Both the position numbers and the translations under genes were made by a program. A stretch of DNA of 63,921 nucleotides, counting the filler, from Hyphochytrium catenoides (taxonomy: Eukaryota; Protista; Hyphochytriomycota), in the NCBI GenBank assembly GCA_900088475.1. It is 10 parts of 10 records of this genome, joined end to end, with 100 filler letters (N's around TTAATTAATTAA, not from the genome) between each part and the next. Parts side by side here need not be neighbours in the genome. Positions count along the whole stretch, not along the records: positions 1 to 1,932 come from FLMG01000889.1; positions 2,033 to 4,240 come from FLMG01001946.1; positions 4,341 to 7,440 come from FLMG01003948.1; positions 7,541 to 21,265 come from FLMG01003324.1; 6 more parts are not named here. One strand, 5' to 3'. Under the pieces are notes generated by a model. That model ran no database searches, was not told where the DNA came from, and was given only the letters and a program-made list of their open reading frames with translations. Shown here in pieces: positions 1 through 12,500 of this stretch. The stretch's first letter is position 1. Every line of letters begins with the position of its first letter.

Positions 1-1932
1 AAGATGCGTCTCATGCAGAGCCTACTTTGTCGCCTAGACTTCAACGACTACTACCGCGGCAGCTAATACCGACGGATCGTGATGCCTAAGGCAAACGGAC
101 GATGCCACTCCCTTTACGGCTCTTGGCGTCGTTCCTCCAAAGTGTCTTCTCCCTATCCGTCTTTGAGGCTTTGGCACTCTTCAGCAATTGCAATTTTGGA
201 GCTGGGCATCGGCGAGAGGGATAGACGCAAATAATGGAGGAGAAAGGTGTTAGGTAATGCCATCAAGACGCGGTGTAAAAGCCATTCCAGGCGCGGCAGG
301 CTCCAATTTGGTTCCTTTATTTTGTTACTATGGATCATGAGGATCTTCCCATGAGGAACCTCATCATGTCCCTGACGCAGACTCATTGGGCCACAGACCC
401 TGTAATAATCATGTAGGAAGAACTAATGCGGTCACCATGCAAAGGAACAAACGGTCAGCATCAAATGTAGCGTGCTGTGGTTGTCAGCAGCCTGCGACTG
501 GGGCGAGTGGTAGGTATGAGAATCGGCAGAGAGATATAGGAAGATGGTTGACGTGCATCTCATTGCTAGACTGAAAGCACATCTCCAAGGACCTGATCCT
601 TTCCTATTTATTACCCTAACTTAGCGTAGAATATACAAACAGTGAAAGTAACAGCGACAGCCTGAAAGAAGAGGTTGCCTTCTTCTCTGCTTCATCCACG
701 TCCTCAAATAGCCTGAAGACGTAGATCAGAACCTTCGCTGCAAGTCTGGCGATTTCTCCAAGTTAAGAGCTGCCATCTGGTGCAGGGTTATCATTATTAT
801 TAGGATTATATTTTTTGAACAATTGAGATGGGCTTTTATTTTTTAAGGAGCACCCAATAAGAGTGACTAGAGTACTACTGTTTGAAGAAGAAATGAAAAA
901 ATGTACTACGAACAAGAAGAGGAACAGGATCGAAAAGTAGTAGGCCAGAAGAGAAAAAAGAGGAAGGAAGAAGCAGCTCCATCATCACCCGGCCACTAAG
1001 GACGGCCGGGAAGGATCGACAGGAAACGGGAGCTGCGGGACACCGAGGAGGACGCGGAAAGACCAATTTTTCACCAGTAGTGCGAGAGAGAAAAAAATCT
1101 TGATTCTTTCTAGGACGACAAGAAGAGGAATTCTAGAAAGCGCGGCAGCCGTCGCTTGAGGAGAATAAAGGAAGGCAGAAGAAGAAGAGAGTGAAGAAGA
1201 GTGGAAAGCAAGCAAGAACGGGCGGAGAAGCTACCAACGGGGAAACAATCACTCGGGCCGCCTCCTCATCCAAAGCCATGGACATTTGCTTATTAATCAA
1301 ACGGTGTCTCAAGAGTGCACATCGCGCTCATCTGTGCCGATGGAGCATGCTCTTCATCATCATTTATTGATAACATCAAACACAAACTGGACAGAAGAAT
1401 CAGAAGAGTCAATAGTGGTTTGATTATCATTCAATAGACCATGGCTATCGCGAATACCACCCCAAGCTTGCTGCAAAGATTGGCAATAATCCATGAAAGT
1501 CAGGAATTTCTCTTCGTAGTTACTCCTTATCAATGCTGTGTACGGCTTGTACGCGTACAACACCTGAGTCACACACTTGATCTGATCAAGCATAATAGTA
1601 CGACACAGAATGCATCGTCAAAGCGATAGGTCTATCACCATGCAGTGAGGGTATTGGGTAGTAGTAATACGACAAGACCTGGTACTTGAGGTAGCTACTG
1701 GGAACACAGAGGCCTGTATATCTCTACCTGACTCTGACTCACTATTCTGGCACTCTGTCTGTTACTTTGTGTGAGCCTTATATGCTCCTATGTCCAGCTG
1801 TGATTCTGACAGCTCCCATCTCTCCTCCTTCCCTCTCAGACCTCAACTGCCTCTCGCACTAGCTATCTCTATCAACAAAGCGATTTTCATTTTTTTCTGA
1901 GTCTTTCCTCCTTTCTCTCCCTCTCTCTCTCT

Positions 1933-2032
1933 NNNNNNNNNNNNNNNNNNNNNNNNNNNNNNNNNNNNNNNNNNNNTTAATTAATTAANNNNNNNNNNNN
2001 NNNNNNNNNNNNNNNNNNNNNNNNNNNNNNNN
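1933..2032. other. Artificial contig-joining spacer (N44-TTAATTAATTAA-N44)
   Basis: 100-nt spacer with stops in all six frames. Identical spacers occur at 4241-4340, 7441-7540, 21266-21365, 24746-24845, 42976-43075, 51711-51810, 54170-54269 and 58402-58501. Confidence 0.98.
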
Positions 2033-2432
2033 AGCATCATCTTCGGTGAGGTTTGCATGTCGCTGGAAGGTCTTACTTAGCTCTAGTGCTCGAGGAAAGG
2101 TGCGAAACTCATTGAGATCTGTCGAATCTCCATTCAATATTATATTACAGAGATTGGGTTTCCAATAACAGAGATTGTGAGATATTGACTTCCGAAGTAC
2201 ATCCAGTGAATAACAATAAGGGACATCATAGACAAATGAGGGACGAGTCTCGCATCTTCTGATCCTTAAGCTTAATGATGAGATGATCCTAGCTCTGGGT
2301 CAAGGTCAGCCTTACGCTTGGTAGTTCCTGAGAACGAAAGGAACAAACTTATTAGGACGACTCTTGGGTCTTGAGAACACTGTGTCCTAGAGAATGTGGC
2401 GGGTTTGGGCCCTCTCGGTCCTCTAAGTGTGC

Positions 2433-3640
2433 TCACCTTGGGTCCTCGCAGCCTAAGCTGCGCCATGCTTCATTGCGTTTCATCGCGTTGGCGGCAATGC
2501 CAACTTTGCGCAGCATTGCATTCAGTAACTGTTCGAGGGCCACAAGAGATAGAGCTCATTAGCTCAGAAGATGTACGATAAACATCATGGGACCTCAAGG
2601 GAGACGATGACTGTTGGAGAAGGAGCGTCACAAAGAGAGAAGATAGCCGGTTTTGCTATGTTGACAGAGTGAGAAGAGAGAGCAAAGGAGTAGCCGCGTG
2701 AGTCCGTTCTTGGTCTTCATCTACCTTATAGAAATCATCGCCATGGCCCCGCACATCCTAACAAAAGGACAAGCTCAGTATTTTGGGAATGAGATACATG
2801 AGAGAGAGAGCGGACTCTCCCTTTCTTCTTTCTTTGTCTCTCTCTCTCTTCGACTGCCACTTCTCAAAGAGCGTACTATTCTCAAAGCACCACTGCCTCA
2901 CTCTTTCCTGTCGTGCCCTTTTCCTTGGAGTACGGTTGCTGCGAGTCACTCTTTCCCAGCCGTTCTCTCCTGTCCATTTTCTCCCTGAAGTCCGCCCTCA
3001 AGGCTACTAGAAAATGTGCCAGAGGCTTTCTTTCCCTTACATTGTGCGCTAGCTCGTGCAAGAGGATAAGGGTAACGCAGTCATGAGAATAGAACTTCGT
3101 GGGGTCTTGACGTGGTCTCACTACAGAGCCAGCGACGGAAAGAAAGAAGAGGGACAGCCATGAAGCAAAGATGAAGAAAGAAAAGCAATTTGTGAGAGCA
3201 GGTGAAAATAGAGGTACACCCAAAGAAAGAAAGGACGCTCAGGAAAGCTGGAGAGAATGGACAAGGAGCAGGAAGATGGGCATACGAGAGAAAGAAGAGA
3301 GAGAGAGAGTTGAGAGAATGAGAAGAAAGAACATTAGAAGACGGGTGGAAAGCGAGACCGTAAGGCAGCACAAGGGAGGAGGAGCTCTTGCTAAGTCCGG
3401 TGGACCCAACAAAACGAGAAAAATGGTGTCTCTGTGCCTTACAGCGAACAAAGATTTGACGTCCTCGTCGATTTCGTCCGCGTAGAGAGGGAGGAAAGAA
3501 CTCCGTCACCTTTCGGACTTGCCATCCTTTTTCCTATAGGAGAATGATTTGTTGGATAATCTCACAATCTAGCAGGCAGTCGAAAGTGAGAGAGAGAGAG
3601 AGAGAGAGAGAGAGNNNNNNNNNNNNNNNNNNNNNNNNNN

Positions 3641-3671
<31 letters not shown>

Positions 3672-4240
3672 AAGAAACGGATGGAGGACAACCAACACTG
3701 AAGAGGAGGGAAGCAACAACACTCCCTGCAAGTGATGGAAGATGAAGAAAAGCGAAAGGAAACGTGTCGGGGAGAGCAAAAGATGAGCAGTTCTTGGAGG
3801 ACGGAGTACGAGACAGGAGAGGAGAATAGACAGACCGTAAAGAAAGGAGCCCATGGGAGTCTCTTCTCAACTAGCCTTCTTCCGTCAGGGCCTTCCCTCG
3901 TTATCATACCTTCATGATAGGAGCCACACGATTTGCTGCTTGGGTCAGAGTGTCCCACGCTGTCTCCGAGTTGGGCATGTTTTTCAGGATTGCGAGCTCT
4001 GAGATAAAGTTCTTCCAGCTGTCGTCTTGTTTCTTTGCTCCGTCACGAAGTAGTCCTCTCAGTGCTTTGTTCGGTTGCCAGCGCTCCTCTCCCGCCTCTT
4101 GTTCTGCGGCATTGTAGAGAAAGGGCGGGGAAGACAGGCTCGACGACCGAAAGTCTTCTACATCTTCTCCCGCAGATGGAATAGATGAAGCCAGCGAGCT
4201 GACCGGTAGGCTGCCTTCGCCTAGTGCTACCTCTGGCGCC
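2433..4240 (-). CDS. WLM-domain (Wss1-like) zinc metalloprotease, 5' truncated, multi-exon
   Basis: GT-AG exons 4240-3910, 3533-3443, 3120-3041, 2757-2725 and 2528-2433 splice in frame. Translation: ...ANRVAPIMKEKGWQVRKVTEFFPPSLRGRNRRGRQIFVRLRPRQDPTKFYSHDCVTLILLHELAHNDVRGHGDDFYKLLNAML. This carries HExxH plus HG..FY and the IMK..GW.V..V.EF motif typical of WLM domains. The 3' end may splice once more, to about 2312. Confidence 0.8.
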
Positions 4241-4340
4241 NNNNNNNNNNNNNNNNNNNNNNNNNNNNNNNNNNNNNNNNNNNNTTAATTAATTAANNNN
4301 NNNNNNNNNNNNNNNNNNNNNNNNNNNNNNNNNNNNNNNN

Positions 4341-5221
4341 ACAATGTTCGTTGTCAGTAGTACAGTAGTCACTCTCTATACACACTAGCTCTCAGGGACA
4401 TAGACGTTACGGGTACACCTGTGTTATGGGAAAGAGGGATGTGAGAAGAATTACCAGAAGAACACAGGAACAGCAGAGAAGAGAGAGATGATGAGGGAAG
4501 CTGAGGGGGAGTATTGGATGTAGGGTCCAGTAGTATGGACGGCAGTCCCTATCCTGTCCAAATCTCAGCATCTAACTCTTTCTAGTTGCTGAGATATCGC
4601 CATTACAAGATAGCATAGTTTGTTGAGTGCTACAATGTTCGTTGTCAGTAGTACAGTAGTCACTCTCTATACACACCTAGCTCTCAGGGACATAGACGTT
4701 ACAGGTACACCTGTGTTATGGGAAAGATGGATGTGAGAAGAATTTTCCAGAAGAACAAAGGAACAGCAGAGGAGAGAGAGGTGATGAGGGAAGCTGCGCG
4801 GAGCAAAGATCTCGAGACCAGACTCTCAGGACTCAGCAATCATTCAGAGAAATCTCAATCAGATATCAATACCCAGTCCCTTTGTTATCGTTCATCTAGA
4901 TTGTGCTCATACAGAAGCTTCAGGCATTGCCACCTACCCAGCTCTGTAAAGTTCATCATAACTAGGAAACAGGGTCCCATAAACTCTTTATACTCACTTC
5001 GAGCATATCAGTAGACCACATAACCTAAATAAGAGTGTCTTCAAACCCCATACATTATAAACATCAGTCCTGAAGGTATTCTGGGGTACTGACGATAAGG
5101 CATAGATATAAACAGGGACATTTCGTTTGCTTCATATCTCGGCTACTACTGGGAGTTTGGAGCTGAAACTTGAGTTAAGCTTGTCAACTTGTAGGCCACA
5201 TAGCTGTGCCCTCAGACTCCA
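4341..5221 (+). mobile_element. Patchwork of nested LTR fragments (families A, B, C and others)
   Basis: LTR-A fragments at 4341-4503 and 4621-4796 (TGTTGAGTGCTACAATG...) match the reverse complement of 21413-21916. An LTR-C 3' part at about 4959-5063 matches 5767-5868 and 21366-21412. An LTR-B part at 5064-5221 matches the reverse complement of about 21573-21733. Confidence 0.85.
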
Positions 5222-5868
5222 GAACCCACTGAGTAGACCCATCCTCGTATATTACGACAACAAGAGCACAATAACAGTGTCCGAGATGCCGAGACCAAAA
5301 TCGAAATATATTAATGTCAAACACTGTGTGGTTAGAGATCAGGTAAGTCGCAAAGTCTTGGAAGTGCAACACTGTCCAACCAAGAAGATGACTGCCGACA
5401 TTCTCACGAAGGCGTTACCAGCACCTCAGTTTCGAGAGCTTCTTCCGTAAGTCGGGATTGTCCTGTCCACTTCCGTTGTAAGACAAAGTCTACTTTCCGG
5501 GGAGGACAAGGCGGAGGCCGACGGACATTCAGGAAGTCTGGACCTGCGGGGAGGTGTTGAGAGCAGAAGCTGACAAAAGCTCTAAAGGGCTCACAGTTCC
5601 AGACTTTATCTGACGAGAGGAAGAAGCACAAAACAAAGCGTTTCAGAGTTTTCATAGCTAGGTTATTATAGTTAGGTAAGTCATTATGTGACATCAAGAA
5701 GTAGTAACTGACTCTGGTACTTTATACGAGACACAGTTACTCTGCAGAAGAACTAGACAACGTGATAATTAGGAAAGAGGGTCCCATAAGCTCTCATACT
5801 CACTCCGAGCATATCAGTAGACCACGTAAACTAAATAAGAGTGTCTTCAAATCCAATACATTATAACA
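5222..5868 (+). mobile_element. Ty1/copia remnant: RNase H C-terminus, polypurine tract (PPT) and complete 3' LTR (LTR-C, 5555-5868)
   Basis: The translation PILVYYDNKSTI...SKYINVKHCVVRDQV...HCPTKKMTADILTKAL is copia RNase H. A purine-rich tract (GGGGAGG) directly precedes a 314-bp TGTTG...TATAACA LTR. Confidence 0.88.
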
Positions 5869-6621
5869 GCAAAAGCAGCTGCTGTAATACACATAAACGT
5901 AAGCCAAAACAGATGCTTGCGGATGAGTCCGCTTCATTCCTTTCCACTTTGTCAGGACAACAGTACTTTCTTGGTATCCTAGCAGCAATAGTAGTAGTAG
6001 GAGTGTAAGCAGTTGGGAGTGGTGGGTAGTCTCCGGTGGTAGTAGTAGTAGGGAACTTATTAGAACTGTCGGGCAAGGAGCTACTCTGTCCTGTGGCTGG
6101 GTGGTGCGCTACCTGCTGCTCTTCTGTTGTTTGGTTTTATTGAACTCAACAACCTCGGCGGCGCGTGTTCCATGGAGAGATTGCTATGCCACTCCATGCC
6201 AGAGGAGATCGATCACACAGATTCTCCTTTTCACTCTCACACGCCATCAGAGATCCGCCAATAATCTCCTTCCTGTGGCAATGGAAGAGCTTCCTGCGCC
6301 AAAGGAAGCAGCAGGCAGTAGTAAAGCGCCCCAAGGAGTAGTGGAGGGTCACTTAGCAGTAACAACGCCAACAGAAAACCCGGCGGAGAAAATGGAGGAG
6401 GAGGATGGGCCTCCGCCGAACCACCTCAGCAGCAGCAGCAGCCAAATGAGAGGAAAGTGACGATTGGACAGAAGCCTTAGCAGCAACAGCCAACACCCAT
6501 CGTGTCTGCATCATCGCCATCTGCAGGTGGTGGCAGCCCTTCTGTTATGGCTTCTTCTTTCTTCTCTTCTAGTTATGGCTTCTGTCTTGTTTTGTGACCT
6601 CCAACAACCCGAAGGATCAAA

Positions 6622-7366
6622 ATGAAGTCTGTTGTCCTGGCCTGTTCAGACGCAATGAGATTGCCGAGGCCTAATATTGCGCTGTTTGTCATTTACGGGG
6701 AATACAATGATTTGGCTGTGAAGTTTGATCGGACGAGCACGTTCTTGAGGGTATACTTTGTCAACTGTAATGGGAAATATAGCTTTCGACCACGAACGAA
6801 GAAGGGTCCAAATCCAAATGGTCCTTGTGAGCCCTGCTTCTCCGACCGCAACTGGAAACCCGTTAACGGCAAGAAGCGTGGGTTGACTATTGGAGCAAAA
6901 CAACTATTGGAGCCAAGTTTTTAAAAAGCAACTTACTTACATGCCAAATGTGGAGAGGGCGGAAAGGCTCCTGAAGATCAAGGGTAAGATACTATGACTT
7001 TGTTTGAGAAATTCCGAGCAAAAAACGGGAACATGACAGAGAAGAGAATAATAGATCTCTCTAAGGCGATTGGCAACCTCCTGGTTGACGTGGTGTGGCA
7101 TATGGCTAACAATTCAGTCACGGAGGCGATGGGCCTTCAAGGTCGTCCTCATAATACAAGTAGTGTTGCTACGCCTGCTGACAGCTTTCTGGCGGACTTC
7201 ATCAAGGATCTACAATGAGAGTAAGGAGTTCAAGGAGTTTGTGGTCGTGGGGCTTGCACAAGCTTTTGTTGCCAAATCTAATGGCATGATGAATCCCTCA
7301 TATGCATCAGGGGTCGTGGACTTGTGCCAGGCGGTGCGTCTCAAGAGTGAATCGGCGTACGCTATC
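6622..7366 (+). pseudogene. Frameshifted protein-like remnant, possibly transposase-related
   Basis: Three staggered ORFs (6622, 6994, 7070 frames) read like one decayed, intronless protein. The end, YASGVVDLCQAVRLKSESAY, loosely recalls the N-terminal part of P-element/THAP9-type transposases. It is cut by a repeat at 7367. Confidence 0.3.
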
Positions 7367-7440
7367 TGATGAACTTTACAGAGATTGGGGGCAATGCCTG
7401 AAGCTTCTGTATGAGCACAATCTAGATGCAATGATAACAA
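7367..7440 (-). repeat. About 75-bp dispersed repeat, inverted relative to 4882-4958
   Basis: The reverse complement TTGTTATCATTGCATCTAGATTGTGCTCATACAGAAGCTTCAGGCATTGCC...CTCTGTAAAGTTCATCA matches 4882-4958. It starts with TGTT like the LTRs in this window. Confidence 0.8.
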
Positions 7441-7540
7441 NNNNNNNNNNNNNNNNNNNNNNNNNNNNNNNNNNNNNNNNNNNNTTAATTAATTAANNNN
7501 NNNNNNNNNNNNNNNNNNNNNNNNNNNNNNNNNNNNNNNN

Positions 7541-9553
7541 GATAGCGTTATCCAGTATCAGCTTGGCGGTATGAGCGTCCACAGCTGAGAGAGGATCGTC
7601 CATTACAAGAATATCAGCATCCGGTGAATAGATAGCTCGGGCAAGAGACACGCGTGCCTTTTGTCCCCCCGAAAGATTGATGCCTCTCTCTCCTATCTCG
7701 GTAGCATCTCCAGCAGGTAGGATAGAGAGATCATGAGAGAGTTCACACACTTGAACAACCTTTTTATAGCGAGAACGGTTGTACGAAGACTCAAAGAGGA
7801 TGTTGTCTCTCAAAGACTTGTGCTGGATCCACGGCTGCTGAGCTGCGTAGGCTACTTTTCCTTTCAGCAGTCTAGAGCCTGAGAGCTGATGCATTTGCCC
7901 TAAGACAGCAGACAGAAGGGAGCTCTTTCCGCTGCCAACTGGGCCCACAATACCTACTAGAGTTTTCGGTCTGATGTGCAGGTTGACCTCACTCAGGACA
8001 GGGCGCATGCTGCTTTCCTCTCTTTCTCCCTCTTCGCCGTTGGCCTCAACAGTCACGGCTGTCATATCCACAAGCTCCTCCTCGGTCTCCTTCTTCTTAT
8101 CACCATAATTCTTGTTTTTCTTCTCCCCTTCTTGTCCGCCGCCCTTCTGGACAGAGGTGGCTTTGGGGTGAGTCCAGGAGAAGGAAGCGTCCACAACTTT
8201 TAATGTCCCTGCATCTGCGAGCGTTTCGTTCTTCTTTTCCTTATCGTCCTTGGGGTCCACCTCTTCCAGAAGGAAAAACTTCTGAAGACGATCTGAAGCC
8301 ACCTTCGCCTCCATGATGGAGGCTAACGTTTGTGGGAAGAAATTGAGAGGTAAACGGACGAGGTTGATGAACGCCATCGTAGTGAAAACCTTCGTGACAG
8401 TCAGCTCATTGCCTGCTGCGGCATAAACAGCGAAAGTACTGCCAAGTACCATGACAGGCGAGAGAAACATCAGGACCTGGTTGAATGCCTTCGTATAGCC
8501 CAGCTTCTTGTAGAAATGAATCTCTTTCTTTCTAGAGTTCTCCACTTTTTCCTCTATGGGCTTCTCCCAGGCATTAAACTTCAGCACTCTGACTCCTTGT
8601 AAGCAGTCCGTAATAAGCTTCACTCTTTCCTGGGTGTTGATGACGGTCTCTTTCCTAGCTTTGCCTATGAGCTTGGCCACATAGGCTTGTATAATGAGGA
8701 ATAAGAACATCACTCCTACACCAGCAAAGGCCGCAGCGCCAATGAAGTTGACCAGCAGTCCCATTCCAATAATGAGCATCACGGGGGCAGCCCAGATCCA
8801 ATGGAACGACATGAACGCTTGGAAGAGACGCTCTGCATCCACGCTCATCAGGGTGACGATCTCCCCAGTTGTACTTCCTTGCTTCGCCGATGCGGAGAGC
8901 ACCAGTGCCTTCCTATAGACTGTATCCATACAAGCGTTCCTAACATTGAGCCCAACTTTGATGACAAGGTTAAAACTAATACTCATCACGGTCACGGAGA
9001 GGAGAGAAACAGCACCGAGGAAGGCGGCGTAGTAGTACCCAGATCCTACGCCAAGAGGATCGGTAGGCTCCTCTGTGATATAGCCGACAAGGGCTTCAAC
9101 GAGGTAAGGAGTGAGCATCTGAAGACCAATAAAGAAGCCTTGACTCACTCCTGAGGCAATGAACCAACTCAGAATGAGACGAAGAAGGGCACGGGGAAGC
9201 GGATACTTTCCCCCTGCTGCCAATGCCTTCTCCCACAGAGGAGCAAACTGCTCTGCACAGCGATAGATATCATGGTCGGCAGGCACCGCCCAGATATCTT
9301 CAGCTGTCAGCGGTCTTTTTGAGCCCAAATGGATTAGCGAATTCAGCCACCAGATAGTGGCTCTTGATATTAACGTAGCTCGATCGTACGGATTTTTCTC
9401 CGTCGGCGGAGGATGCCGACTTGTGCGCTTTGTCTCATTGGTCTCTGGGAGTGCAGATCCACCAGGGCTCAGCACATGGACGAACGGAGCCTCGTCACCC
9501 TTGCCTCCTTCACCTTTATTAGGCGAGGGCAAATGCACCGGAGATGCGGGCAT
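7541..9553 (-). CDS. ABCC (MRP-like) transporter, N-terminal half (L0-TMD1-NBD1), 3' truncated
   Basis: Intronless ORF with the L0 motif ATLISRATIWWLN, TMD1, Walker A GPVGSGKS, signature LSGGQ and Walker B ILVMDDPLSAVD. There is no TMD0. It runs off the contig end. Confidence 0.95.
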
Positions 9554-12500
9554 TATGGAGCACTATAATACGCAGGATGAAGAGCCCTTGGATCTGGGGA
9601 CCTACTATACAGGATCACCTTTAAATGGTCTCTTGACGCCTCACACACAAGAATAGTTCATCTACAAGGCATACGATGCAGTTGCTTTACTTCGGAGGAA
9701 GCCGCGTTTTCTGTCAATGAGTCCTGAAGCCTCTACGACCATTGACTTCTTTCCTGATAGTTTCCTCGCCCTCGTTCGCGGAGACTGAGCGATGACGAAC
9801 AACGCCACTGCGGACAAAGCTCTTGCTCTTCTTCCTCTTCTGGGTATAAAGGTAGATAGATACTGAGGCTGACAATGAACCTGCACTTCTATTTCTGCCT
9901 CTTCACTCTTCATACTGGCAGAGCAGAGGCCGCAGCTGGGCCTACAGTCCGCAAGGCAAGAGCAAAGAGCAAAGAGCAAAAGCAACAGCGGCAGCAGCGA
10001 TCATCCGAACAACAAAGAAGTAAAGGTCCAGAGAAAGGGAGAGCGGTTAAGGATTAGGACAATCATGGACAAAACCCCCATGAATTCCTGTATTGGACGG
10101 CTAATAGCGGTATTATATCAGGGTGGATGGCAATCGTCAGTCATGTTCTTAGGACATCAAGGTCCCATTGCAACCTTTGGGGAATACTTCAAGTGGGGAG
10201 AATATACCCAGAAAGGGAATATACCAATTGAAAGAAATAAATGCCCTGCAATATTTCAGCTTCTAGAGACCGGTCCCACCATGAAAGAGCATAACTTTTT
10301 TGGTCAATGAGTTGAGGAGAGTCAGAGTGGCATGGTGGGTTTGGTTAGACTAACCCCTAACTCATTCCATCATGACTAACAGCTTGTGTTTGACGTGTTG
10401 AGATGGTGAGACCCAAGTAGATGGAGAAGAACAAGAAAGAAAGAGCGAAGGAAGTGGAAGATAAAGGCTCCGACATAGACATAGAACTACGAGGAGAACT
10501 AGGTGGAGTTGTGGCCCCAATTATTTCGAAGCTCATCAAGGACAAGGAGATGAGGACCTGCAATAATACACTGCTCGTCGAGGCTTATGAGGCTTATAAT
10601 TGAGAGTTTGTCGCCTACTGTAGTACTGTTCTACCTGTACCTGTACCTGTGTGACTTAGGTTACTTGTAGCGGGGTAGTAGAACTAGTAAAGGTAGTGTT
10701 AGGGAAGCAAAGGCCGCAAGCGAAGAAAAAAAGCGGAAAGGTCAACAGAGGTGCAAGTGACAACAGGCCCTCCAACAAGCACAGCTTGACAACTGAAGAA
10801 CGCGGTGAAAGGAGCGACAGGCGCCCATGTAAGACAAGTACGAGGGTCAGGTCATCATAGAACTACTACTACAGGTACTTCTTGACGACTGGTTTGGTGG
10901 TGGTGTGGCAGCAGGAAGAATGTGCGGCCCGCAGCCCCTGGTCAAGCTCCCCTGGAAGACAAACGGTGGTGCGATTCCTTGGTGACTTGACTATCTTGCC
11001 TTGGCTGGTGACAACACGAAGTTGATAGTGGCCGACAGACCCACCCAATCCAAGATCCTCATCATTCCACTTTTGACTATCGCACCATCACTCCGCCTTG
11101 TCTCTTAGTCTTGGTGTGGTTCTTCTCTGGTCCGAACAAGCGCAGTGGTAACAGGTAACAGGTCGTTGTCCTACTAGGAAGTATTTACGCTGGTGAGGAG
11201 GCTAGGTAGGATAGACGCCACGTTAGGAGCAAAACAAAACCGTAGTTCCTCAAAGTATTCCCTTCACTACAGGTAAATAGAAATACGAAAATAGAAATAC
11301 CGAAATCAGCCCAGAATGAAGCCGTGAAATAGCTGGTCAATCTGCAGCAAAGCCGAAGATTAAGTCTATTTCAACACCTAAAAGTACAAGTACCAGTTGT
11401 CTAACTAGAGAGAGTAGAAAGGAGATCATCACTGAGAGAGTAGAAGGATATCTTAGGACTTGGTCCTGGATCTCTTGATGATTGATCGATCAAGCAAGCG
11501 TCGTGCTTCCGCTGCTAGGACTGCTAGGACATTGCCCCATGAAAGACTGCAGTGAGCGGAGAGCGGAGAGCCAACCCTATAACCCTAAGCCGCAGACAAC
11601 TCACAGAACAGACATTCATCTTCATCTCTAGTTTCCGTGATCTCTGGCCATGGTGGTGAGCTCCATGGTGACGCCTCGGAGAAGCTCTTGGAGCTTTATC
11701 TTTGGACGAACGTTCCTGATCATGTCCTGGAGTCTAATGTCCCCAGCAGCCAATGCGTTTTCTGTATGCTACGGCCACATACGGTTCTTGGAGGATGCGT
11801 TGCGCGCCGATGGTTCGCACATAGGTAGAATGAACGACCAATGAGTGAACGTCCTAGAGACTCAAGTCAGTCCAAGTGCTAGCATCCTAGGGCAAATTGC
11901 TGGTATCAGAGGGTTTGCAAAGATGTGTTTGGGGTCTCCAGGACGTTCACCAAATTGGCTGTCTTTCATATGTGCAAGTAAGTCCTCAATGGATGACTTT
12001 GATTGATGATGGCCGCCATGAGGATTGGCTTGTTGCCAGACACATGAAAACCGCTATTCACCTAAAACTCGTAGTAGGGAAGGGGAGGTGGAAGTTTATT
12101 AAGTGAGATATAGAGGGTAAGAGGGAGTCTCCCTTGCGAGAGAGTCAGTCTACCTGAGAATGCAAAGATAAAAGAGTAACATGCAAGAGAAGTAGTGTCA
12201 ACAGGCTATTCTTGAATAACATGCAAAGAGAAAGAGAGAAGAGAGGGAAAAGGAAGAGAGCATCCTTCGTCAGAGCCATTCGTTGCTGACTCTAGTCGGG
12301 ACTACCCGTCCTAGAGTACTCTCAAAGAGAGGAGGTCACATCCCATACACCGGTCGGGTCCAGTGCACCCTCAGCTGGTTAGCAGCCGTCTGAGGAGATA
12401 TACATATAACAGGAGGATAGCAGCTCTTCTCTGTATCTTCTTCTCTTCTCTGACCTTTTCTTCTCTTTTGATACTAGAAGCCATTACTCTTCTCCTCCAT

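Noticed and set aside
1-1932. Short ORFs in the first contig
   Set aside because: No recognisable motif or consistent exon chain.
1977-1988. Recurring TTAATTAATTAA palindrome as a biological repeat or piggyBac target
   Set aside because: It is always centred in 44+44 Ns and is a six-frame-stop linker. ORFs ending in 'XXXLIN' are artefacts.
9600-12300. Protein-like fragments and AACCCTA motifs upstream of the ABCC N-half
   Set aside because: No family could be assigned, and the telomere-like motifs are isolated rather than arrayed.
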